A stretch of DNA of 64,000 nt from Eledone cirrhosa (taxonomy: Eukaryota). Position 1 is the first letter of the stretch. The number at the start of each line of letters is the position of its first letter. The stretch lies in assembly GCA_964016885.1 (NCBI GenBank), contig OZ024743.1:201810001-201874000 (forward strand), read 5' to 3'. The position numbers and the translations under genes are program-made. The notes below the pieces were generated by a model. The model saw nothing but the letters and a program-made list of their open reading frames with translations. It had not been told where the DNA came from and ran no database searches. Of this stretch, positions 24,506 to 40,828 are shown piece by piece.

Positions 24506-25071
24506 TAGAGCGAGAGAGATGGGTAGAGAGATGGAGAGAGAGAGTGAGTTTAAACACACAAACAAGGACTGCAGCAGGTGTGTATGTATATATACTTAAT
24601 GGCTGTATCTCAGTTTTGAAAATTGCCATCCCTTGGACATTTTCTCATACATGGGTGGCACAAGCATGTATTTGTTATCCCTGTCAAGGACTTAGATTCC
24701 TTTCAGCATATGCTGCAGTGAAAGAAAATCCTACGCTCTCGCAACACACGTGAAAGTCGTTTATATCAAGTGATGCCTGTGCTTGAACTTTTTTAAGTGA
24801 AAAAAGGTCTTTCATTGGACTAATCCAACATTCTGAACAACGGTGATAGGTGTCCCCCAAAACATGTCAACATCATTGGCTGCAATCGAGTCCCAGGATT
24901 TACACGAGTTTTCCTTCTCCTAAAATGATGGCCCATCAACAAATAGGGCTTTCTCACTCTCGGTGGGTTAACTTCATGCTGGGGCACCAAACAGAGTACT
25001 TCCATGTCTCTCCATGTCTCCCGCATACACAGATACATACATACACACATACATACACACCCACACATATC

Positions 25072-25293
25072 TCGACAGTCGATCGACTTTCCTCAAATCG
25101 GACCGTGGAAACAATGTTTCCGATGGTCTTTCCAATTGCTAGTAGTATCTATCGGTCACAACTCCAGGTAGAAAGAGCAATGCGAAATAAAGTGTCTTGC
25201 TCAAGGACATAACGCATCGCCCTGTCTGGGAATCGAACTCACAACCTCACGATTGCGAATCCAATTCTCTAACCACTAAGCCACGCGCCTTCA
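25072..25293 (-). mobile_element. tRNA-derived SINE, family B
   Basis: Reverse complement reads GGCGCGTGGCTTAGTGGTTAGAG (A box)...GAGTTCGATTCC (B box)...ccttgagcaagacactttatttc; homolog at 30756-30958. Confidence 0.8.
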
Positions 25294-25970
25294 CCCACAC
25301 ACATATATATATACATAAATAATATAATTATAAACGATATAGAATAGGATATATCAATTGAGAAAGAAACTAGTATTTATTTACATACATACAGAACAAA
25401 TAATATCTAAATTTCAATACAAATTTAAATACATACTCCTATGTGTTAAATTGCGCAACACTTTTACTGACAGATCTGTTTCTGGAAATCAAAAAATGGA
25501 ATGCTAACTTTCGATCACAATAATTAGTATTAATCACCAATTATCATCTTAAGACCATGATTTCTTTCATCAGTATGTTTAGGTATTTGCTATATATATA
25601 TATATCTCACGTTGCATTAAGATACTAGTCATCTACCCTTGGAAGAAATTTTAAAATAATCTCCACATGGTGTATCAATAACGTTTTAATGAAAGGTAGA
25701 TAAAACAAGACAGGCCTCAAGGAATGCTACAAGGAGCACCAGGCGAATCCATGTGAGACAATCCAGACTTACATAGACAAATTAGGAGCAGAAATAAACT
25801 AATTTTAGGTTTAATCAATACATATGAAATATATATCGATAATATTTCCTGTTATATATCGTTTATACTTATATTATAGATGCTCTGAAGATAAGTTTAT
25901 TGAGCTTTGTACTGAGAAACCTTATCGATATGTATGTTATATATATATTGATTAAACCAAAATTTAGCTT

Positions 25971-26011
<41 letters not shown>

Positions 26012-26071
26012 CGTCAGTCATACAAAAGTGAGTTACAAACGAAACGAAATTTAATTTCGTTTCGTTATTTG

Positions 26072-26117
<46 letters not shown>

Positions 26118-27481
26118 GGGTAATTATTCAGCTAAATAAAGATTTATAGCAATAATGCATCAGTTAGATGGGACGAATCATTTAGTAATGGTACAACCCG
26201 TACATTCGTGTAAGTAAATCATAAGCTATATGAACATAGTGGTAGGAAACACATCAATAACAGTATAGAAGAGACAGAGATGAGAAAAAAAGTCGTTGTA
26301 TTCTTCTGAGACATTAATACAAAAACAAACAAAAATAAAAGTAAAACTGAAATAATAAAAAAACAATCCATTATTTATATATATGATGGGCGTAAGTCGA
26401 CTCAAGGAATAAATAACTAATTCTGTACGTTTTTGTATCTTCAGAAAAGATAGAAATGAGTAAGGAAGCAATGTCTGTAAAACGGCATACGTTAGGATAA
26501 AAAATATAAGGCTATCAATGGCCGTTAAAAAAGCTGCTGTGTTTTAAATGACTAACAGTATTCTTATAACTGAGAGAAAGCGAAAGAAAAGGAGAAAAAA
26601 ATAACAGAATTAAAAATAGAATATGATAGGCAATAGATTAGAGTGTAAACGACTATACAATATTTGCTGAATAAGAATTATTAAACATAATTTCAATGGG
26701 AAATTAATTAAGATATAAATTATATTGGAGTATAATAAAATTGTAATAACAAATCAAGTAAAAATTATGAATAATTTAAAAATTATCAATAGTTTAAAAA
26801 AAGAAAATTGACAAAATAGAATATATAGACGGAAACATGGTTAAGCAGTTCACATCGTAGACAAAGTGGGTTTGGGTTCAATCACTCAGTGTGCGGCACA
26901 TTGGCTAAGTGTCGTATAGGGTAATATGGCTGGGGCAAATGAACTATAAGTCACATTTGATAAACGGAAACTCCAGGAATCCGTTGTATATTTGTTCTCG
27001 AGTGCAACCTGTCTCATGGCCGGGTCGTCGGTGACTAAACCGGCAACCCCACCAAGCTTGCTTGGTGAGGGGGATGATATTTGGATACCCTGCGGGATGA
27101 AATACAAGACACGGCAATGGGCGGAGGAACTCAGTAGAGTCAACGGCCATCCATATATTTTTAAAAAAATTTAATCGGAGAAGTTAAACTGAGAGGTTAC
27201 GCTGAGAGCTGTCGTTGTATTTTCCGTGGCAAACATTTGCACCGAAGATATATGTCGTCAGTTCCAAAAGGTGTGGTTGGTCCTACACAAGCCTTCACCA
27301 CTTAAAACAAAACTTTGTGTGGATCGTTCAACATCAGTTCACTTTCTCAGATTTCCGCCAGTCTTTTGCAGGCAGAGTCCGTAGGCGATGGGGATTGACT
27401 GTCACATCAGACACCGCCATCCAGAGAGCTGAACTTTTGTTGGAAATTCATCCGTCGGATATTCGACGGGAGAGTCCATCA

Positions 27482-27535
<54 letters not shown>

Positions 27536-28405
27536 CGAAGGAGGTGTGGTAAGGAATCAGGTGGACCATAACGCACCAGAGTACTCAATACTTAGGGTAG
27601 TAGAAGGACCAACTCCTAAACAAAAAAGACGAACTTGTAACCGCATGTAAACACCGATTGCGTAGGACTTACCTCGCCCTCAAACCCCTCATGACCTGGG
27701 TGGGTAGACAATGGCTGTAACAACCTTCTTTTCTCCTCTTGCGAACAAGATAGAGGAAACCCCAGCATACATAGGTAGATGTACTTTTCTTTTTTCCCTT
27801 TATCTCTTCGTTTCACTTCCTTCCACTCCCTCTCCTCTTCCTTTTTCGCTTACCCTGAGGCAGCCCATCGGGCTTTTGTAGCCTCAGTACCCCTACCCGA
27901 GTAAATTCTATATAGAATTGGCCGAAAAAGCAATACCAGCTAAAAATATAGCAGCTGTTTTAGACTCTAGTTTTTTTCATTATTTTTTTATTATTTAATT
28001 TTTTAATATTATTGTTATTTTCATTTATTATTATTTTTTAATGTTTTAATTTCAATTTATTAACTTTAAAATTTTATAACTTCCCACACTCGGATTCCTC
28101 CAGAATTCTTTTTTCGCCTGATTTCTAGCTAGCCTAATTTCTTCCACACTCCTAGGAATTGCTGTATAGAATTCACTTTCAACGCTTGACCGGCTCCACC
28201 CACTCCCTCATTGTGAAAGATTTAATTAATAAGTGAAAGATTTAATTGTGTTTACAAGAAATGTTGACCAATTCTTTTGACAACTACAATCTTCCCATAC
28301 AAGGAATTACACCTTGAAAAGTTCGGCTATTTATTACCACGCTAAAAATCTAATTTAATCCAGAAATAACCGTCGAAACGGCTCGAGCTCTGCCGTCGGA
28401 GTCTT
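27536..28405. mobile_element. Family X PLE-type element with degenerate hammerhead
   Basis: Inverted tail at 27536-27605; TTGAAAA-cggctattt...aaataaccg-GAAAC GGC..GCC GTC at ~28314-28397; (TA)n flanks. Confidence 0.6.
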
Positions 28406-28411
28406 GTACAT

Positions 28412-28478
<67 letters not shown>

Positions 28479-28526
28479 ATGATAATACAAGAACGATTTG
28501 TTAAGTCTTCATTACGTTTATTGATG

Positions 28527-28611
28527 GGTGACGCACGTTTCGCTATTGATCAGCTCATGGTTCGATCTGTATCGATCTGGCCCGACTCTGGAATCAAAAG
28601 CTCATCGGACC
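28527..28611 (-). ncRNA. Hammerhead ribozyme, CCGATGA variant
   Basis: GGT-CCGATGA-GCT TTTGAT...ATCAA TAGC-GAAAC GTGC GTC-ACC within a ~190-bp insert in (TA)n. Confidence 0.7.
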
Positions 28612-28671
28612 TCTGCTGCAGAATGAACATATAAAGCATATAAATGTCTAACGTTTCACATGACACTCCGT

Positions 28672-28710
<39 letters not shown>

Positions 28711-28713
<3 letters not shown>

Positions 28714-29040
28714 CAGCATATTTATATTTTATTGGCATATAACAATCGTTTCAATATCAACCAGCTAAGAGTACAATCACAATGAATGACGCTATACTCT
28801 CAATCAACATCAATCATTATGATTGTTCCCTGATCTGATTAATATTGAAATGATTGCATTATTCCAGTAAAGTTCATATATATGCTGCAACAGTGACTTC
28901 AATCCTACTTACTTTTTTTACCCTCTGCACACTACAGCTGCCTTAACTCTGGAATACAACCCAACAAGAGACGGACTTCGTAATATCATCGAGTGCTTTG
29001 AACGGTGCACCGCATGTAACTGTAGGTACATATTTAACTT
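28711..29040 (+). mobile_element. Degenerate PLE-type foldback with tail
   Basis: Inverted arms ~28711-28757 and ~28842-28890; tail with atcgagtgct motif resembling 19805-19826(-). Confidence 0.5.
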
Positions 29041-29042
29041 AT

Positions 29043-29073
<31 letters not shown>

Positions 29074-29142
29074 CATATATGTGTGTGTGCGTGTATGTGT
29101 ATGTGTATATATATTTGTATATATATACAGTATATATATATA

Positions 29143-30683
29143 CTAGCATTAAAGCCCGGCGTTGCTCGGGGTCATTAAGTTACCAAAGTTAGGTTGCACC
29201 ACCCATTTTATGGCAGCACTTTTTTGTCTGCCAGGCACTGGGTGAATGAATTGCAGACCTGGAAGCAGGAGCTGCGCCAGCAGTGACAATTGTAGTTTCG
29301 CCTATGGATATTATCTCTGTGCAAAACAGTGTTGAAATTTATTGTTTCACAGTACTTGCGCAACACGCGCGTAGACGATGCCAGCCGAACAACAGAGCTG
29401 CGATGGAGTTGTTCTGCATGGTTGTCTGTGTGTTTTCTAAATTTAAGACAGTAGAGAGGGTTGTGAAATGAGGGAGAGTTAGCTGTTGTTTCTAGCAGGT
29501 TTAGTGACCTCATAGAAGATATGTGTTTTCTAAATTTAAGACAGTAGGGAGTGGTGTGATATGGGGGAGAGTTAGCTGCTGTTTCTAGCAGGTTTAGTGA
29601 CCTCATAGAAGATATGTTTTCTAAATTTAAGACAGTAGGGAGGGGTGTGATATGGGGGAGAGTTAGCTGCTGTTTCTAGCAGGTTTATTAACCTCATAGA
29701 GGATGTGTTTTCTAAATTTAAGACAGTAGGGAGTGGTGTGATATGGGGGAGAGTTAGCTGCTGTTTCTAGCAGGTTTAGTGACCTCATAGAAGATATGTT
29801 TTCTAAATTTAAGACAGTAGGGAGGGGTGTGGTATGGGGGAGAGTTAGCTGCTGTTTCTAGCAGGTTTAGTGACCTCATAGAGGATATTATTGTTTATCA
29901 TTATCTATAAAAGGCAGATTGTTGTTGTTGTTGTGTGTGTGCACATGATCCATGTTTATACATTTACACAATTTCAAACCGATTCGACTCAAAGTCTGTA
30001 AGAATCCACGTTCGTTGAGAGGTTTTAAAAAAGATTTATCGCTTGTTGTTGAATAAATGTATCTGTTGCTTTTGAATAATTGTCGTTTCGTATGAAATGT
30101 AATAATTGTTTCTACTTTTTTGGCACAAGGCCAGCAATTACCCAGTACATTACTGGTACATTATGTAATAATAAACGTTCTCTCTCTCTCTCCCTCTCAC
30201 TCTCTTCTATCTCTCTCTTCGGCAATCACGCACGTTGTTTAATTGCTTTAAATGTTTTTTTTTATCATTTGAAGTGAGTGTGTGTTTGTATGCGTTTGGA
30301 AATAAATCAGTAAGTTTGAAGTATAAAAGAGAAAGTAGCAAAATGTGTGGCTTGTAGATAGAGCCAAGCAGATGATATGAGAGAGTAAAACGGACAGTAT
30401 CACCATCAAGCTTGGAAAGAGAAAGTAGCAGAAAGTATGAAGTTGTATAGATTTTGAATGGTAATGGAAAGGGTTTAGCAGTTTAAATGAGAGAGAAAAT
30501 CGTAAAATATTGAGTTTTATCTATTTTTTGCGTAATTGTGGGTGAAATTGAAAAAATTATATGTGCCAAGACGCAATCGAAGCTATTTCGAATACTGAAT
30601 TGTAAATTTCAATTGAAGAAATTCTATATCGTAGATTTCTATAACAAAGGAGCATGTCCATACACTGAGCTTTATAGATTATG

Positions 30684-30684
<1 letters not shown>
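29143..30684 (-). mobile_element. Non-autonomous Helitron-like element
   Basis: Minus strand begins A|TC (30684 or 30678) and ends with hairpin CCCGAGCAACGCCGGG followed by CTAG|T. Confidence 0.7.
29430..29887 (+). repeat. ~91-bp minisatellite, 5 units
   Basis: ctaaatttaagacagtag recurs at 29437, 29530, 29621, 29712 and 29803. Confidence 0.95.
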
Positions 30685-30730
<46 letters not shown>

Positions 30731-30755
30731 TATGCATATATATTTATATATAAGG

Positions 30756-30958
30756 GTCGACCGACTTTCGTCAAATCGGACCGAGGAAACAATGCTTCCG
30801 TTGATCTTTCCAATTGCTAATACTCTCTATCAGTCGCAACTCCAGGTAGAAGGAGCAACGTGAAATAAAGTGTCTTGCTCAAGGACATAGCGTATCACCC
30901 TGTCCGGCGATCGAACTCACAACCTCACGATTTCGAATCCAATTCTCTAACCACTCAG
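30756..30958 (-). mobile_element. tRNA-derived SINE, family B
   Basis: Colinear with 25072-25293. Confidence 0.75.
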
Positions 30959-31399
30959 TGTGCGTGTATATTTGTCTGTCTATATCCACAAATTAGCGGT
31001 TTGACAACGTGATCTCTACAATAAGTGTTAGACATGAAATTAATGTTTTTAATTTTACAAATTAAAGCAATAATCCTGCAAAAAAACAACGAAAAAAAAA
31101 ACAAAAAAAAAACAATGATGGGTAAGATCCTTTGTGAAACGTGTGAGGGGATTTATGATGTAAACCACGTATTTGAGGCATACTGAAAAGGTCATTGGGG
31201 GACTCAAGAAAAAAGTAATGGATTAGAAATTACTCGCAAAAAGTAGTAATCGTATAATATCGTAAGCGCAAAGGGAACAACATCACATAAGAATATTAAA
31301 TATAAATATATAATGGTTAGGGAAGGAACGGAAAAATATGATTCATTCTTGTATTCTAGTGGGTGGTTTACCTACACCATGTATACTGCTGTTAATTGA

Positions 31400-33140
<1,741 letters not shown>

Positions 33141-33334
33141 ATCGATATAATAAATTAGAAGTTAAGTGAACTGAAGATCACAAACAAGAATCGTTTTTCT
33201 GCATTCCAGTCCAAGTATTGTAAATGTGAAAGAATGGACCCAGCCTCGCATAATGAAGATATTTGTTCCATACAGAGAACTATTATGGGCACGTATAGGT
33301 CCTATGGTTATTATTATTTCAGGAGGGCAGCAGA

Positions 33335-33550
33335 TTGGCAGTATCGGTGGAGGGTCGGTCATCATGTTTTGTGACATAGAGTTATGTCCCTTTACGGTCT
33401 GGGTTCAAATCCCGCCGAAGTTAACTTTGGCTTTCATCCTTACGGAGTCGATAAAATAACGTACCAGTCACGCACTGGGGGGTTGATTTAATCGAATTTC
33501 CCCTCCCACAAAAATTGCTGGCCTTGTGACTATACTAAAAATCATTATTT
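33335..33550 (+). mobile_element. tRNA-derived SINE, family A
   Basis: TGGCAGTATCGG A box, GGTTCAAATCC B box, family core and 3' end. Confidence 0.8.
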
Positions 33551-34999
33551 ACAATCAGGCTCATTCAAGCAGTGGCCGAATAGTACTAGGGACAATGATA
33601 TACCAACCGTAGCCACCTCGACATTTCATATGTCAAATATTTATTCAATGTAGAGATTTCGTAAAATGTCGCAATGTTAGATTGGTGTGGGGAGTGAGAA
33701 TTTTACATTCCATTAATGGATTAACAAACAACCGAAACTGTAAAATTATAACTCCTTACTAGCATTTAATAAAACACTCGCCGAAGTGTAATTTGGGAGA
33801 TGTTAGGCTACTATTTCAAGCATGTAAATGACTACATGGATAATCCCTTGTGGGTTGTTTGCGGGGTAAGTGAATTGTACCGCGTGTATTAACATATATT
33901 GGATATGGTTGTATTACCTTACCTTTCACCTAGTGTAAATCATTGACAAACTCAGTTTCTTGGTCGATGCTATGTGACACCAGGAGTTGCCACTGGCAAA
34001 TAGTATTAGCAATGGAAACATATCCTTGATTCGATCTAACGATCGGCTCTTTTCCTTTTTTTATGACAATCTTGCAAACAGATATCTTCGACGGTGAAAA
34101 TGAATATGAGTTGCATATTATGAGAACTATTAATGTTACTGAATATTAAATCGCTTTTATTTTCAATGGAAATTAGTGTTTATTAACACATGCTGAAGGA
34201 GACGACTGATTAATAAACAGAAGTAGATATGCTTGTATAGTGCAAACAAAGACACTTTTATGTGTCATCATGAAAAATGTCTGATGGATGAACACATATT
34301 ATAGATTTTATTTAGATGCAGTTCTTTTGTTGTAGCCTCTGCATAGAATTTTATTGCATTATGGAAATATTAAAATTATTAGGTGTGTATCGTACACTGC
34401 AAACTTGTGATAATTGTTCTGAATTGCAGCAAATGAAAAGTACAAAAATGCATTAATAGAGTCATAATTAGAAGCGACTAACTCAAACCGTTTGACCACA
34501 TCAAACGTTCAACTCCTCGTGTTCTTTCTAAATTCTGTTAAGTGGATATGATATATGGAGATAGAGATCGAGGATACACAATAGCAGAGGAAGAGACCAG
34601 ATCCTAATATGGTTTCAATATTAGTTATGGGCAGAATTCAATGCAAATGGAGAAATATATTTATGATAGAGAAAATATGTTCCACTGTGATCAAAAACAA
34701 CGCTTAAAATAATCACCAAAAGTGCTGCAATGAAGAATAATAACACTGGACAACAAATACTTTACATCGGATTTAAGGTGAAGCAATATAATTTTGATGC
34801 TAATTTCAAATCTGCCTTCAGTTTTTGTGCAGCATGTATAATTTTTAAGATACATTCTATTGCAATTTGATTTCGAATTAAAGTATACGTCATCGTATAC
34901 TTTAATTTGTACGTGTATATAGAGGCTGTACAACTACCCGATATGCTACTGGGCTGGATAAAATAAAAAGTAAACAGCTGAAAAAAATGGAAAAGATGT

Positions 35000-35293
35000 A
35001 ACACACCTTAGCTGAGCAGTGAAAACACGCCATTGGCCTTCAATATTCAGCAGTCCGTGTTAGCTTAGCTGAGCAGTGAAAATATACCCTTGGCCCATAA
35101 CAGTCTGCAGTCTGTGTTACCTTACCTGAGCAGTGAAAACACACACACTTGGTCCACAACTGTCAACAGCCTGTGTTACCTTACCTGAGCAGTGAAATAA
35201 TGCCTCTGGGCCTCAATATACAGCAGTCTGTGTTACCTTACCTGTGCTGTGAAATTATCCCTCTGGCCCTCAACATACAGCAGCCTGTGTTAG
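35000..35293. repeat. ~57-bp minisatellite, 5 units
   Basis: ctgagcagtgaaa-like motif at 35012, 35069, 35126, 35185 and 35242. Confidence 0.9.
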
Positions 35294-35744
35294 TCAGTGA
35301 CAGACAGTTTTAAAACCTACTCCCCTTCCAGGTTTTTGTGTATGAAAATGCATGTTTGTGCATGCGTTTGTCTTTATATATGTGTGTCTAATTTAACAAG
35401 CATCCACCTGCTGTGTATGCATATGCGTTTGTCAGACTGTCTGTCTGTATGTGTGTATGTATGTGGGCTATGTATACAGTGTGTGCTGTGATTGTGTATG
35501 TATGCGTGTGTATCTGTGTGGTTGAGCTGTATGTTTGTACGTGTGTCAGTGCGTACATGTTGGGCATGTTTTGTATCTTATATTTCTTTATGTTACGTTT
35601 ACTGTATATGTGTGTATGCATGTGTATACACATTTGCATGTGTGTATGTGTATATCGTGTGAGAATATATGTGCGTAATGTAATATATTGTAGGTATGAT
35701 GTAAGTGAGCTGTATGTGTATTTGTATTTGTTTATGTGTTGCTT

Positions 35745-35883
<139 letters not shown>

Positions 35884-35931
35884 ATGTGTTTGTGATATAT
35901 ATACATATATATATATATATTTATATATTTG

Positions 35932-35983
<52 letters not shown>

Positions 35984-36624
35984 GTGTGCATCTATGTGTG
36001 TGTGGGGCCAAGTAGGTGAGACATCTAGCTCTATCACGTAGAACAAAGAACGGTGAACAGTAAACAAACAAACAAACAAACAAAACAAAGCGAAGTAGAG
36101 GACGAAGAACTGCGTCTGTTTGTGTATGTGTGTGCGTGTGCGTTTGTGTGTGTGTGTGCGTTTGTATGCGTGTGTGTATGTGTATGGGTGTACATGTTTA
36201 TGTAATAATGTATTTATATAGAAATATGTCAGACCTGAAGTGGTGAATGCTCGAGAAGCAGCTGCAAATGCTATTATCACTGAACAGCTATGATATAAAA
36301 ACAACACAGGAACGTAGAACAACAAAGTAAGAACAAAGAAAAACGCTAACACATGATTTGGACTTCCGTCAGTTTCTACGATGAGTGTTCCAATTGTCCC
36401 AATAGTTTGACTAATAGAACACCTGGCTCATGAAATTAATGGAAATCACTAAGAATTCCACTGACTAGTATATACTTAACGTAGTCTTCGGGGAGATTCA
36501 GCGCGACGCATGAGACAAGGCTGGCCCTTTGAATTACTGGTACCACTCAGTTTTTGCCAGCAGAATAGACTGAGTAAAATTCTGCATAAAAATACGCATA
36601 TATGTCATGTATATATGTGATATA

Positions 36625-37257
36625 ACTGTTTCTAGTTTAGGCACAAGGTCAAGAATTTTGGGGGTTATGGGAAAGCCGATTTTACCGACGCCTATATTTG
36701 ACTAGTACTTTAATGTATCGAAACTAAAACGATGAAATGTAAAATTTATATATCAAGATTTGAATTCAGAGTGCAGAATAATTGTACAAATACTGTAAAG
36801 CAGCAGCCGCCAAACTTTCAGACTTCACGGAACACCAAATTCATGATTTTAAATCCCGCAGTCCACTAATATGAATTTTTTAAAAAAGATAAATATATTT
36901 GTAAAATAATTGTTTCTATTTTCGGCACAAGGCCAGCAATTACACCGGTGCATTACTGGTGCTTTATTTGATCGACCCCGTAAGGATGAAAGGCAAATTT
37001 AACCTCGGTCGGATTTGAACTCAGAACGTAAAGGGCCATAACTCTATGCTGCAAAGCATGGTGTATGACGCTCTACCGATACTGCCAATCCAATAATTGT
37101 TTCTACTTTTGGCACAAGGCCAGCAAATACCCAGTGCATTACTGGTACTTTATTTTATCGACTCCGTGAATTTGAACTCAGAGTGCCAAGGGTCGTAACT
37201 CTATGTATCAAAGCATGGTGTCCGTCCCTCTACCGATACTGCTAATCCACCGCCAAT
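36625..37257 (-). mobile_element. Cluster of three family A SINEs (36625-36810, 36905-37091, 37092-37257)
   Basis: Repeated ggcacaagg...ttgaactcag...ctctaccgatactgc; the last two are in tandem. Confidence 0.8.
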
Positions 37258-38397
37258 CCAATAATGATGAGAATTTCTATTTTATTAAACAATACTGAAG
37301 CGTACGGGTGTCATATTGTCGATATACGATAGATATCTGTAACATTCTTTCATGGATGGTAGTTCTTTACTGAAGGGAAACATATTTTAGGGGTGTTATA
37401 AAATATATTTGAACCGAATATTATTTTTGTTTTATTATTAATAAAACATAAACATTGTAAATAATGTACACATTTTTCTGCAGACCATCAACATTTTCTC
37501 TCGGACCACCAGAAGTTCGCGGATCACCGGTTGACAACAGCTGCTCTAAAGCATCCTATCTGACACTTTAAGGAATTCACCAGCTCACCGCTCTCATATA
37601 TATATTATATAATGAGCTGAAAAAACCTCTTTTAACTTTTATTATCCTTGCAGTAAGACAAAATCATCTTCCATTCGGGGGGTAAAATCTGAAACTTCTA
37701 AGCATAGCCATCTATCTACTATTTTTGAAAATATAAAAGATGCAGATAAGAATTGCGTATTACTTCAAAAACCAAGTGGTAAATGCAACGAGTATGTTTC
37801 TATCTTATTAGATCTCATCATTGAAGCATATTCAGTTCAGTTGGCAAGGCGTAATAGTGGTCATAACGAGTAAACACACATCTTACACTCACGTGTACTC
37901 ACACACATATATACACACACGCTCATTCTCTTACTTTCTTTCTCTCTCTATCTATCTCTCTCTTAGGCATACTCCCTCTCTCTCACTCACGCAAACTCAC
38001 AGACAAATCTCATTTGGAAAGAAACACGCAAGCTTGCAACATTTGTCAGCTCAAAAACAACACCTCTATCAACAACAATAATAATTATAATTGATAGTAT
38101 TGTTATAATATTAATATTGATCCAAACACATTTAAACTACGTTTATTGGCTACCAAATATTTAAATATCATTATATATTGTTTTTAGATATGTAGCTGTA
38201 TAATTAATATGGCAAAAATATTCGAAGAAAATCTCTTTTCAATTGGATTCAATCGAAAATATCAACTGTTTTAATGAGATAATACAATTTATTAATCAAT
38301 AATAATGTATTTGCAATAATCTAGCCAATATATATGTATTTTCTCAGTCGCTGTCTCTCACTATATATATTCAAGTAGGCACATCCACAGGCCCATA

Positions 38398-38463
<66 letters not shown>

Positions 38464-39443
38464 TAAAAGGTAAAGAAAATGCTGTAAAATTGTTCCCAGT
38501 GAAAAATAGTTTAATTAGAAATAAGTAAAAATTAGTAATAAGTATTGGTTAGTATTCAGTTTTAGTTTTAAGTTTTTACCGGTTGCGCATTTATAATGGT
38601 TTTCAAAAATAATTTTGAGATAGAGCGCCCGTGATGTTTGCTCTAAGCTGATCAGTTTTGGAAATTCTACCTGTTTTATGTGGAAAAAAGTGGCTCCAGA
38701 GGTATTAAGATTTGGTTGGTTGTTGAATGTCACGTGAATGAGTACTATAAGTTTCACGCCAATTCGTGTTGCAAAAATTCTTGTAGTCAAAACAATTTTG
38801 ATTGGTCGGTAGAGGTCACGTGAATGTTAAAAATTGGTTTTGCGCCAAATGTAGGTTGTCGAAGAGTGTCCTTTTTCGCCTGATTGAGAATTCACTGAAA
38901 AATAAGTCTTTTAAGACAAATATGTGTGTGTGTGTGTGTAGTAAAGCGGTTCATTGTTGTGATGTGTGTGTGAATTGCAGTCATGTTGAAAGGTCAACAG
39001 TTCAGGTGTCTATTAAGACAAATATGTGTGTGTGTGTGTGTAGCAGAGTGATTCGTGGTAGAGGGATTCGGTCATTAGGAATGTGTCTGTACGTGTGTGG
39101 GGGTAATTTTAACATGTTGAAAGATATTATTCAGCTCTTGTCTTATACGGAGAAGTGTGTGTGTGTGAGTGTATGTGTGTGTATGTATGTTTGTATGTTA
39201 GTGTACGCGTGTGTATGTGTGTGTGTATATGTGAGTATGTGTGTGTGTGTGTGTGTGGTGGACCAGTATTTTTGTGATACTGATAAAAATAGTGTACATT
39301 ATTCGATATTTTCAGTAATTTGCAAAAACGGTTCTCTCGAAAGAACATCAAAAACATTAATAATAAAGGGGGTGAAATGATATATTGTCATAACACCAAG
39401 GTGTGTGTGAGTGTCCAGATTGTACCTACTGCAAGGGGAATCC

Positions 39444-39486
<43 letters not shown>

Positions 39487-39644
39487 ATATGTAATATATG
39501 TATACATGTATATATATATAAAATAAATTAGATTACCGATATAAAAGACACAGAAGCGAAAAGCGAAAACCAACCAAACAGTGAGTGTGTTCTGTTATTA
39601 ATTCTGGCAATATTACACAAATATGACCCTCCCCAAGTATAACA

Positions 39645-39675
<31 letters not shown>

Positions 39676-39844
39676 TACATATACATATATATGCATATAT
39701 ACATATATATATATGTAAAAGTTCTATTTAAATTGTTGGGATACAACAAGCAAATATTTTTATAACTGATATAAAGCACTCAAAAAATTATTGGAGTAAA
39801 AATACGATATTAACAAATGGAAACTACATTTATAAAACCATATT

Positions 39845-39909
39845 TATTTCATTATACATATTTCAAGGACACCAAGTTAAATTATGGTGTGCTTTCATCA
39901 GATAAAATA
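39845..39909 (-). ncRNA. Type I hammerhead ribozyme (same family as 5703)
   Basis: TATTTTAT-CTGATGA-AAG CACACCA...TGGTGT CCTT-GAAA TATGTA TA-ATGAAATA. Confidence 0.75.
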
Positions 39910-39983
39910 TAATATAGATCAGTTTTATAAATAAATATTGACATACCCTTAAAGAATGCAACCATTACTGTTGGAAGCTCCCG

Positions 39984-40019
<36 letters not shown>

Positions 40020-40065
40020 GTTTATATGCATATATATGTATGTTTATATATATATATATATATAA

Positions 40066-40373
40066 ATATATAAAATCAAAGATGGTTAAAAGAGTTCCAT
40101 GTATTTTATTAAGCGCATTTAAAAAACAAATATCATCATGGGATGATATTTGCGTTCTCATCAGATAAAATAGGGAGACATGATATATATACATATGATA
40201 TTTGTTTTTGATGATATTTGTTTTTGAAATGCGCATAATAAAATACATGGAACTCTTTTAACCATCTTTTGATTTTATATTATTTATACTCCAATCCTAT
40301 AAATTGTTGAGTGCTACTTATCCGATATTTGCATTGCTTTATTGTGCTACAATAAAACTCACCTCCTACATTA
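40066..40373 (+). mobile_element. PLE-type foldback, same family as 62680-62885
   Basis: 40066-40140 is inverted versus 40210-40280; left arm hammerhead (-) has TAAA; right arm starts in stem II and keeps GAAA TGCGCA TA; tail to 40373. Confidence 0.75.
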
Positions 40374-40409
40374 TATATACATACATACATACATACATAC
40401 ATACATACA

Positions 40410-40490
<81 letters not shown>

Positions 40491-40639
40491 TATATATATA
40501 CATACATACATATATACATATATTCATATATATATATATATACATATATAAATTACTTTACACTTTGTTATCTGAAAATATAATTTTCAAAGTTAATTGT
40601 TTTTATATTTTAATTTGCCTTTTATTATTAGTCATATGC

Positions 40640-40828
40640 GGTGGATTGGCAGTATCGGTTGAGGGTCGGACGCATGCTTTGACGCATAGAGTTATAGCCC
40701 TTTCCATTCTGAGTTCAAATCCCGCCAATGTTAACTTTGCCTTTCATCCTTACGGGGTCGATAAAATAAAGTACCAGTAATGTACTGGGTAATTGCTGGC
40801 CTTCTGCCAAAAGTAGAAGCAATTATTA
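40640..40828 (+). mobile_element. tRNA-derived SINE, family A
   Basis: A box, B box and family core. Confidence 0.8.

Noticed and set aside
25225-25293. tRNA gene
   Set aside because: The tRNA-like head continues into a SINE body with dispersed homologs
33920-34110. Coding exon
   Set aside because: Splice-like signals exist, but the frames checked contain stops before the donor
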